The notes beneath the pieces were generated by a model. It worked only from the letters and a program-made list of their open reading frames with translations, was not told the origin of the DNA and searched no databases. Positions 56,489-64,000 of a DNA stretch of 64,000 bases are shown piece by piece. The stretch comes from Patescibacteria group bacterium (GTDB lineage: Bacteria; Patescibacteriota; Doudnabacteria; UBA920; O2-02-FULL-48-8). Made by a program: the position numbers and the translations under genes. The stretch covers positions 7,259 through 71,258 of the forward strand of contig DASUKB010000001.1 of NCBI GenBank assembly GCA_036278915.1, read 5' to 3'. Within the stretch, counting starts at the first letter, position 1. Every line of letters starts with the position of its first letter.

Positions 56489-59095
56489 TTGACCCGGAAA
56501 TTTATGTTTACTATAATTAAGGCAATGTTTAAAGTAAAAGAAACAAAAATCAAGCAGAATATAGGATTGCGAAAAGCTATCCATTGGGCGCTCATCTGCG
56601 CCTGTTTAGTGTGGTTTTTAAATTTCCAATTGCCGCCTTCCGGTCCGGCCCGCGCTGCCGCAACGGCTGCCTTGCCTCAAGTTTTCTTGGATACGACATA
56701 TCCTGCGCTTTCTGCCTCCAGAAACATTAGAAATGTCAAACCGTCTTGCTCTTCCGGCGAGACGCTTTGTTATACATCATTACAGTCTGCAATTAACGAC
56801 GCCGTGCCAGGCGATGAGATTGTGATTACTGCCGGTATGACTATCACCGGGCCAATTACGCTCAAACACAAAACTGGGGGCGGTTGGATAATTATCCGGA
56901 GTTCAAATATGTCTGCGCTGCCGGCCGCTGGCCATCGCGTAGGGCCAAGTGATGCTGCGGCTATGCCCAAAATTGTCGCGCCTGGATCAAATGTGTCGGC
57001 TTTGGTAACGGAGGATAATGCCGATAACTATCGACTGGTTGGCATTGAATTTACCAAAGTCAATCCCTCGGTTGTCACGGGTGTTATGGTCCAGCTGGGC
57101 CGATCCGATGGCCAGACTTCTTACTCACAGGTTCCAAAAAATTTGATTTTGGATCGGGATTACATCCACGGCGATCCCGCTTCGGATCTTAAGCGCTGCG
57201 TGGAGTTGGATAGTTCGTACACCTCAATTATAGATTCATACATTTCAGAATGCCATGTGGTCGGCCAGGATGCGCAGGGCATAACTGCTCTCAATGGGCA
57301 AGGGCCATTTAAGATTGTAGATAATTATGTTGAGGCCTCCACAGAAAATATCCTGTTCGGCGGCGATGTGCCTAGAATTTCGGGACTAGTGCCCTCGGAC
57401 ATAGAAGTTCGCGGCAATTACCTCACCAAGGATCTCGCGTGGAAGGACACTACTCCGCATTGGGCGGTCAAGAACGATTTGGAATTCAAAAATGCCCAGC
57501 GTGTGTTGGTGACGGGCAACATCATAGAAAACGATTGGTTGGATGGCCAGACTGGGACTTTGATTGTCATTACGCCGCGCAATTCTGGCGGCTGCAGAAC
57601 TTGCGGCGCGACGTGGGCCACGGCTTCGGATCTAACTATCACCGACAACATTGTGCGTCACGGAGCCGGGGCTCTGGAGTTCCAGGGTTACGATTACTAC
57701 TCAAGCGATGGTCTGGATTCGGCGGGCAGCCTTCAGGTCAAAAATGTTTATATCGCGAATAATCTATTTTACGACATCAGCCGTGATTGGGATGCCAAAG
57801 CTCCTCTGATTCTAATGTCTGACCAGCCGGCCAACATTACTTTGGACCATAATACTTTTATAAATTCCGGCGGCAATAATCTGACACTAGACAGCTCCAG
57901 ATCCGATGGCACTTACGACACGGTGCTTGGTTTGACTTTGTCCAATAATACGATGTTTCATACAAGTTATGGCGTTATGGGCGGCGGGCTTGCGGAGGGA
58001 AATTCAACAATGAATGCCTACACACCGGGAGCCGTGTTCACACACAACATCCTTGCTTCAGATACAAGCATTTCTTCCAGATACCCTAGCGCTAACATTT
58101 GTGGTGCGACTTGCTATCCGACCGAAGCGACGTGGGAAAGTCAATTTTTGGATTATAACCAGGCGATAGCAGGAAATATTTCCGACTTTGCCCTTAATTC
58201 AGGCAGTGCGTACAAAAACGCAGGCACTGATGGCAAAGATTTGGGCGCAGATATTGCTGCAATTAGCTCGGCTACTGCCAGTGCGGCTGCGGGATCGGAT
58301 TCAGGCGGCGGGAATACAACATCGGACACTACGAAACCAGTTGTTGCAAGTTTTACCGTGGCGCCCCAAAGCGGTTCGGGTCCGGTCACTGCGACATTTA
58401 CGGCCACAGACAGCGGTGGCTCATTTTTGGCCTCTGCGGAGCTGTTGCGGGCAAATGCCAATACTACTAGTTGTCTTCTCGGCAACATTTCTGGTTGTTC
58501 TTGGACGCATTTACAAACCATCGCCGCTCCGTCAGGAGTTAATTCCTGGACCAGCAGTTTTACGGATTCGCCGCCTGCGGGTACATATCTTTATGGCACG
58601 CACGTCCATGATGGCGCGGGGAATATTGGCTTTGAGCCGGCTGTGGTGTCCGCAATCGTTGGCAGCTCGAGCTTGAGCAGAAGCATCAGTATCCAATCTT
58701 TGCAAGGCAAGACTTCCAAAGCAGTGACAGGCACGCTGGATATTCTGGATTCCGGGCACAATCTTCTAAATTCTTATCCATTCACCACTAATGCGTCAGG
58801 TTCAGCAACTTTGAGCTTAAATGTTCCGATCCAGAGCGTGTTTTTACGCATTCGGGCGGTGCCGTATTTGGTTCAAACCAGTTCGGCGGATTTGAACCTG
58901 ACCGGAGCCTACAGTATCCCTATGCTCAGGACAGGGGATATTAATCAGGATAATATCGTCAATTCAATTGATTTTTCGCTTTTGAATGCCAAATGGTTCA
59001 GCGCTGACGCGATTTCAGACCTCAACGGCGATGGGCTGGTAAATTCCCTTGATTTTTCCCTTCTTAACCAAAATTGGTTTGCTGTGGGCAATTAG
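56489..59095 (+). CDS. giant secreted parallel beta-helix protein with a C-terminal dockerin-like module
   Basis: TM/signal anchor; pectin-lyase-fold repeats; C-terminal pair GDINQDNIVNSIDFSLL / DLNGDGLVNSLDFSLL typical of dockerin Ca-binding repeats. Confidence 0.65.
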   Translation: MTRKFMFTIIKAMFKVKETKIKQNIGLRKAIHWALICACLVWFLNFQLPPSGPARAAATAALPQVFLDTTYPALSASRNIRNVKPSCSSGETLCYTSLQSAINDAVPGDEIVITAGMTITGPITLKHKTGGGWIIIRSSNMSALPAAGHRVGPSDAAAMPKIVAPGSNVSALVTEDNADNYRLVGIEFTKVNPSVVTGVMVQLGRSDGQTSYSQVPKNLILDRDYIHGDPASDLKRCVELDSSYTSIIDSYISECHVVGQDAQGITALNGQGPFKIVDNYVEASTENILFGGDVPRISGLVPSDIEVRGNYLTKDLAWKDTTPHWAVKNDLEFKNAQRVLVTGNIIENDWLDGQTGTLIVITPRNSGGCRTCGATWATASDLTITDNIVRHGAGALEFQGYDYYSSDGLDSAGSLQVKNVYIANNLFYDISRDWDAKAPLILMSDQPANITLDHNTFINSGGNNLTLDSSRSDGTYDTVLGLTLSNNTMFHTSYGVMGGGLAEGNSTMNAYTPGAVFTHNILASDTSISSRYPSANICGATCYPTEATWESQFLDYNQAIAGNISDFALNSGSAYKNAGTDGKDLGADIAAISSATASAAAGSDSGGGNTTSDTTKPVVASFTVAPQSGSGPVTATFTATDSGGSFLASAELLRANANTTSCLLGNISGCSWTHLQTIAAPSGVNSWTSSFTDSPPAGTYLYGTHVHDGAGNIGFEPAVVSAIVGSSSLSRSISIQSLQGKTSKAVTGTLDILDSGHNLLNSYPFTTNASGSATLSLNVPIQSVFLRIRAVPYLVQTSSADLNLTGAYSIPMLRTGDINQDNIVNSIDFSLLNAKWFSADAISDLNGDGLVNSLDFSLLNQNWFAVGN

Positions 59096-59182
59096 GGTGA
59101 TTTGGCGGTTCAAACTTGCCAATTTCCTTTTTATTCAGTAGAATAGGAGACGAATAAAATCAAGAATTAACGAAACAAACAA

Positions 59183-61783
59183 ATGGATTTTCTTAATCCC
59201 AAAATACGTACGCAACCGCAGGTTTCCATGTCTAACGCAAACGCAGCAAACCCAAACCAATCTTCTTCCGTTTCGATGCCCGCAACACAGACGAACGTTT
59301 TCACTAAAATCATCAATTATAGTTTGATAGCTTTGGTTTTTTTGATACCGTTGTTTTTTCTTCCGCTAACCTCGGAAGTCCGCGAATTCAATAAACAAAA
59401 TTTGCTTATTTTAGGCGTGTTGATCATGCTGGCAGCCTGGGTCATACGCGTTTTGTCTACCAGACGGGTATCCTGGGTCAAAACCTCACTGGATTACGTA
59501 ATCTTGGCTTACGCGGCTATTTATGTTCTGGCAAGCTACTTATCGATTGACCGGCCATCGTCATTTCTGGGATATGTCGGGCGATTTTCGGGCAGTTGTA
59601 TTTCGGTCATTGCCCTAGTTTTGCTTTATTTTCTAGTAGTCAACAATGTCCGCGGACAAAAGATCACGCAGCGGATTATGGACGCGCTGATTGCCGCAAG
59701 CGGACTTGCGACTATTTATGGTTTGCTCCAGACGCTTAAATGGTACGTACTGCCTGCTTTTACACATTCGCAATCGTTTAACTCAATCGGAAGCATGGTG
59801 GCATTGAGCATCTTCGGTGCGATGTCTATAACGCTTTACCAATGGCAGCTCTTGGCCTCTCCGAAATCCTCGGTGCTCAAGAAATCTGTCTTGGGCGTGC
59901 TTATGGTTTTGTCGCTTATCCTGATGTTTTTGATTAACGCATTCATTGGCTGGCTTGTTTTAGCCATTGGCATGGTCGTTTTTACCGCTCTAGGCATGAT
60001 GATAGTAGGCACCGAAGAGGGAAGCGATCAGCAGTCATGGTTTTGGAGGCCGATGGTGGTATTGGTTATTGCGATTTTGTTTGTGGCTTTTCAGATTTTG
60101 CCTGCTTCCATAAATCCGCGCAATCTCGTAAGTAACAACCTCAACTTGCCCGTGGAGATTCAACTCTCCAACTCCGCGACTTTCAATTTGGTCAAAAATT
60201 CCGTAAGTTCCGGCGCCAAAACCGCAATCTTTGGGTCTGGTCCTGGCACCACAGGAATTGCCTTTGGCCAGATTAAACCTGCTGATTTGAATAAAACTGT
60301 GGTTTGGAGCCTCAACTTTGACCGAGCCTCAAGCGAGATAGCCAACATTACCATAGAAACTGGCATCCTCGGTCTGGTGGCGTTTGAAGCCGCATCCATC
60401 TTGTTTCTTATTTACGCGCTATATTTTTTACTTAAGCGCGCTTACCACGTCGGCAAAATGTATGCATTTGGATTCTTTACGATATGGTCCGTACTGTACC
60501 TGGCTCATTTCTTTTATTTCTTCAATACAACTTTCTATTTCCTGTACTGGCTTGCAATTGCCGCATTTATGGCTGTCGCGCATTGGAACTTTGCCAACCA
60601 GCAAGATCCGGATATGAATATGAACACTTCGCCGCGAACGGCATTGTCTTGGATGTTTGCCTCCCTGCTGATGCTGGCACTTATCTTGGTAGGCGCGTTC
60701 TTTGAGGCTTCGGTGTACGTAGCGGAAGCTTCATACACGTCTGGCGTCAAAAATTTGAGCCAATCCAATCCCGACTTCAATCAGGCACAAAGCCAGTTTA
60801 ATCGCGCGGTGAGCCTGAATCCTTACCGAGATATATATCACCTGGCCAGCGCTCAGAATCAAATCTTTTTGGCTTCAATTGAGGCGGCCAAAGACAAACC
60901 CGATGTCAATCAAGCGATTACCTGGATTCAGGGTGCGATAGCTGACGGCAATGCCGCGACTCAGATTTCACCCAATAACGCCGGCAACTGGTCGGCTTTG
61001 GCCCAAATCTATAACGCAATTAGTCCTTTGGGGGTAGAAGGAACGGCTTTGCAGGCCAGTACGGCATGGCAGGAGGCTATAAAGCACGACAGTCAAAATC
61101 CGGCTCTGGAAGTCCAACTGGCCAACGCTTACTATGATGCGTCCACGACAATTGACCCCAAAATTTTGGGTACGGGGACGGATTCCGATGGCGATGGCCT
61201 GACAGATCAAGCAGAAGCGACATTCAAGTCCGACCCGCATAATTCCGATACCAATGGCAATGGTACGCCGGATGGAGCCGAAGTTTTGGCAGGGTTTAAT
61301 CCCGCGGGAGTCGGCACGTTGGATAATTCGATTCTGAACCAATACCAGAGAGTGGATAATTCCCTCCTTAAACAGGCCGCAGACGCCGCCAACCAATCTA
61401 TTAACCTCAAAAATGACTTTCCGGACCCGTACATCGTGCTGGCGCGCGTTTACGAGAAAGAAAACCAATTGACTGACGCCAAGAAAGTTTTGGATGACGC
61501 AGCTATTAAATTTAACCGCAACCCTGATATATTGTTTGAACAAGGTCGGATTACGTTCAACAGCGGCGACTCGGCTACGGCGGAAAAAATATTCAATGAC
61601 GTGTTAACTCTCGAGCCTAATGATGCCGACGCGCTGTTCTCACTCGGTCTCATCTATGAGCCAAAAGATCCAGCCAAGGCTTTGGACTATTATCAGCAGG
61701 TGCGCCAAATCACAGGCCCCAACGTTGACCTGGATAAAAAGATAAACGATTTGAAAGCTTCAGTCTCAAACTCGGCAAAATAG
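59183..61783 (+). CDS. polytopic membrane protein with an O-antigen-ligase-like (Wzy_C) domain fused to C-terminal TPR repeats
   Basis: about 10-12 TM helices over the first 450 aa, then TPR-like helical repeats. Confidence 0.55.
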   Translation: MDFLNPKIRTQPQVSMSNANAANPNQSSSVSMPATQTNVFTKIINYSLIALVFLIPLFFLPLTSEVREFNKQNLLILGVLIMLAAWVIRVLSTRRVSWVKTSLDYVILAYAAIYVLASYLSIDRPSSFLGYVGRFSGSCISVIALVLLYFLVVNNVRGQKITQRIMDALIAASGLATIYGLLQTLKWYVLPAFTHSQSFNSIGSMVALSIFGAMSITLYQWQLLASPKSSVLKKSVLGVLMVLSLILMFLINAFIGWLVLAIGMVVFTALGMMIVGTEEGSDQQSWFWRPMVVLVIAILFVAFQILPASINPRNLVSNNLNLPVEIQLSNSATFNLVKNSVSSGAKTAIFGSGPGTTGIAFGQIKPADLNKTVVWSLNFDRASSEIANITIETGILGLVAFEAASILFLIYALYFLLKRAYHVGKMYAFGFFTIWSVLYLAHFFYFFNTTFYFLYWLAIAAFMAVAHWNFANQQDPDMNMNTSPRTALSWMFASLLMLALILVGAFFEASVYVAEASYTSGVKNLSQSNPDFNQAQSQFNRAVSLNPYRDIYHLASAQNQIFLASIEAAKDKPDVNQAITWIQGAIADGNAATQISPNNAGNWSALAQIYNAISPLGVEGTALQASTAWQEAIKHDSQNPALEVQLANAYYDASTTIDPKILGTGTDSDGDGLTDQAEATFKSDPHNSDTNGNGTPDGAEVLAGFNPAGVGTLDNSILNQYQRVDNSLLKQAADAANQSINLKNDFPDPYIVLARVYEKENQLTDAKKVLDDAAIKFNRNPDILFEQGRITFNSGDSATAEKIFNDVLTLEPNDADALFSLGLIYEPKDPAKALDYYQQVRQITGPNVDLDKKINDLKASVSNSAK

Positions 61784-61794
61784 TAAATCAATCA

Positions 61795-61830
61795 AAAACC
61801 CCGCCTCTGAAAGAGACGGGGTTTTATTTA
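61795..61830. terminator. bidirectional rho-independent terminator
   Basis: AAAACCCCGCCTCTGAAAGAGACGGGGTTTTATTT. Confidence 0.85.
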
Positions 61831-61832
61831 GA

Positions 61833-62555
61833 CTAGACGATTCTGGTTACCAAAAAAATAAAGCAAACGCCAATTACAGTCAGCATGATTGTTTTTACAG
61901 ACGAGTGCCTGCTGTGCGCTTCCGGTAAAATATCCGAGGCGCCGATGTAGAGCAGGAATCCGGCAAAAAATCCCAGATACCACAACAGGCCGGCATCTGA
62001 AATTGTAAATAGATACGTGGCCAGAGCACCGAGCAGGGGAGCGATTGCATCCAACCCCAGCAATGTCACAGATCTTCGGTTGGTATTGTGGTTTACAAGC
62101 ATCAGGGACACTGTATTGAGACCGTCGGAGAAATCATGGGCGACCACGGCAATGGCAACCAAAATACCAACGCTGGACGAAACATGGAAAGCCAAGCCAA
62201 TGCCTACGCCATCTAGAAATGAGTGCGCAGACAAGGCTAGGGCCGATATAAGCCCCACAGTAGGGTGCGTATGAACGCCCCAGCGACCCTCATGACCCTG
62301 GTGGATGAGCACGGATTTTTCCACGATATGGAACAGCAAAAACCCGCATACGAGGGCAATCATAGGCCATACCGGATCCGTGGCCGTGGACTGGATGAGG
62401 CGAGTAATCTCCGGAAACAGATCAAACGCAACCACAGCCAGGAGCACCCCGGCCGTGAATCCCATAACCAAATGTAAGCGGTCGCGGTAGCGGAAAGCGA
62501 CCAGGCCGCCCAAACAAGTGGAGAGCAGGGCAAACAAGCTTAAAATAATTGCCAT
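61833..62555 (-). CDS. ZIP-family divalent metal transporter (ZupT-like)
   Basis: 8 TM helices, His-rich loop HEGRWGVHTHP, HDFSDGL motif. Confidence 0.8.
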   Translation of the reverse strand: MAIILSLFALLSTCLGGLVAFRYRDRLHLVMGFTAGVLLAVVAFDLFPEITRLIQSTATDPVWPMIALVCGFLLFHIVEKSVLIHQGHEGRWGVHTHPTVGLISALALSAHSFLDGVGIGLAFHVSSSVGILVAIAVVAHDFSDGLNTVSLMLVNHNTNRRSVTLLGLDAIAPLLGALATYLFTISDAGLLWYLGFFAGFLLYIGASDILPEAHSRHSSVKTIMLTVIGVCFIFLVTRIV

Positions 62556-62596
62556 AATGCTTTAAGTATAGCAATTTGCCGTGGTTTGCGGTAGGT

Positions 62597-63013
62597 TTAT
62601 TGGTACTTATCCAGGTCTTTGCCCCACTGCCATTTCGGCTTTTCCCCTTTGCGGTAGGCAATACGCAGCAGCAGGGACGTGAGAATAATGAATGGCAGCA
62701 CAAGCATCAATCCTATTTCGCGCGGGCTGGAAGAGTCGTCTAGGCTGAATGCAAACGCCATAAGCAGACCCACGTAGACTATGACGCACAGCCAGCCCTG
62801 CCAGGTTACTGGCGTCCAACCCCAGCCTACTAGACGACGCTTAAACCAGACGTGCTCGGGGTTGTCCTGGGCATAGCGGATAAAGATTGGGAGCATTAAG
62901 ACCACAAGCATTATTGTAAACGCCGCAATACCGAGGGCGATATTTTGGATGAGCCAGCCCAAGATGATGCCTGTGGCTGCGGCAAGCGCAATTTTAAACA
63001 GAAGCTTATTCAT
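62597..63013 (-). CDS. 4-TM membrane protein, hypothetical
   Basis: hydrophobicity pattern only. Confidence 0.45.
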   Translation of the reverse strand: MNKLLFKIALAAATGIILGWLIQNIALGIAAFTIMLVVLMLPIFIRYAQDNPEHVWFKRRLVGWGWTPVTWQGWLCVIVYVGLLMAFAFSLDDSSSPREIGLMLVLPFIILTSLLLRIAYRKGEKPKWQWGKDLDKYQ

Positions 63014-63019
63014 TGATTT

Positions 63020-63289
63020 TTATTCGACCATGAGTTCGTCAATATAGCACCATCTCCAATTTTCGCCCGGCTGGAATGATTTTATGACTGGATGTCCGGT
63101 TGCATGGAAATGTTTGGTGGCGTGCTTGTTTTTGGAACTATCGCAGCAGCCCACGTGCCCGCAGGTAAGGCAGAGCCGCAGATGGACCCACGTGTCGCCA
63201 ATCTCAAGGCACTCTTCACAGCCATTTGGAGTTTTGGGTTCAGTATTTGGATTTGCGTCTTGAATGTGAGCACAGATTTCACTTTGCAT
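63020..63289 (-). CDS. UBP-type zinc-finger (zf-UBP) protein
   Basis: C..C...HLRLCLTCGHVGCC.....HATKHFHATGHPV pattern. Confidence 0.75.
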   Translation of the reverse strand: MQSEICAHIQDANPNTEPKTPNGCEECLEIGDTWVHLRLCLTCGHVGCCDSSKNKHATKHFHATGHPVIKSFQPGENWRWCYIDELMVE

Positions 63290-63306
63290 GTTATTGGGTT
63301 ATGATA

Positions 63307-63666
63307 TTAGCTGGATTTGAAATTTACGAAGGCTTTGGTGTCAAAAAATATCGCGCAGTATGTGAGTTTTTCACCATCGGACTTCCATATCTCTACTACA
63401 TCGCAGACGCCTTGCTTGCCAGATGGGGAGCGCAATGTATACCTGGCTTGCGCACAGACGCGATTGTCTTCAGCGATATAATCACGAACTTCTACCGCGA
63501 TTGTGTCCGTAAAAAAATTACCTGCGGCCTGCACATAGGCGCTTTTGCCTTGTTTTATGTTGTCGAAATTGGAATTGATGAATGTAATATCATCGGCAAT
63601 ATACGATTCCCATCCGCCGCTGTGTATGGCGGGAAAATATTTTTCTAGAATTTCTTTAGTAGTCAT
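63307..63666 (-). CDS. SnoaL-like / NTF2-like (ketosteroid-isomerase fold) protein
   Basis: 119 aa, pattern typical of the SnoaL_2 fold. Confidence 0.6.
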   Translation of the reverse strand: MTTKEILEKYFPAIHSGGWESYIADDITFINSNFDNIKQGKSAYVQAAGNFFTDTIAVEVRDYIAEDNRVCAQARYTLRSPSGKQGVCDVVEIWKSDGEKLTYCAIFFDTKAFVNFKSS

Positions 63667-63832
63667 AAATTATCCTTGAGTTAATTCGGCATCTTAAAAT
63701 TTTATTTTCGATACCGTTGTAACTGCCGTAATCATTAATTAATCTCTTTAACTTAATCATAGCATAGTTTAATTTCCATCAGGGGTCAAACAAAAAACAC
63801 CAGGATTACTGATGTTTTTTGTTGGGGTGGTA

Positions 63833-63909
63833 TACGGGATTTGAACCCGTGACATCCGCTGCCACAGAGCGGCGCTCTACCAGCTGAGCTAATACCACCA
63901 ATATAAAAT
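63833..63909 (-). tRNA. tRNA-His (anticodon GUG) with genome-encoded G-1
   Basis: reverse complement G-GTGGTAT...anticodon loop CTGTGGC...T-arm ACGGGTTCAAATCCCGT...ATACCAC-C-CCA. Confidence 0.85.
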
Positions 63910-63918
63910 TATCTTACC

Positions 63919-64000
63919 GCGGCCATCACGATAAATACGATAATCGTCAATACCGCGAGCCAACCGATTGTATAACCGAAAAACTGCAAGGCTTCTTTTT
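63919..64000 (-). CDS. 3' end of a membrane-protein gene continuing beyond the window
   Basis: open frame to the window edge ending ...IVFIVMAAVR-stop. Confidence 0.3.

Noticed and set aside
60968-61543. 191-aa antisense ORF inside the Wzy_C-TPR gene
   Set aside because: It is a shadow ORF; the forward frame has coherent TM and TPR architecture.

Overview
This 64 kb window looks like a small-genome, CPR/Patescibacteria-like bacterium with about 45% GC and the standard genetic code; all long ORFs stay intact without recoding. The main structural surprise is that the rRNA genes are split: a 16S gene carrying an ORF-bearing insertion sits about 37.6 kb upstream of a separate 23S-5S unit. The two classical spacer tRNAs, tRNA-Ile(GAU) and tRNA-Ala(UGC), lie on their own in between. 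The coding content includes a large type IV pilus locus (pilM-pilN-pilO, pilB, pilT, pilC, several pilins, pilD, minor pilins) with no secretin gene. It also holds a complete cyoABCDE cytochrome bo3 quinol-oxidase operon with a DoxX gene upstream; the CyoB sequence is strikingly like proteobacterial CyoB, which points to horizontal acquisition. Three giant secreted beta-helix proteins are present: two share a C-terminal repeat module and one ends in a dockerin. Housekeeping genes are ligA, dnaG-rpoD and holA. I found no CRISPR array, transposase or reverse transcriptase. The noncoding features worth a second look are the following. A 539-bp element bounded by 19-bp inverted repeats sits in the 23S-5S spacer. 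A GTACGTAC-N3-GTACGTAC dyad occurs twice, each time just after a -10-like hexamer. A low-GC gene sits beside the 16S gene, flanked by palindromes and followed by a tightly coupled three-gene mini-operon. A 14-bp palindrome brackets one giant surface-protein gene. A frameshift-prone heptamer repeat lies inside pilD. A duplicated tRNA-Lys 3' end sits next to an excisionase-family HTH gene. There is a truncated pyruvate-kinase-like protein and a PHP/zinc-ribbon (endonuclease Q-like) gene. I could not pin down one single undescribed system; the strongest candidates are the 4.3-6.4 kb compositional island and the inverted-repeat-bounded spacer element. All coordinates for rRNA, tRNA and adjusted CDS starts are hand-derived and approximate to a few nucleotides.
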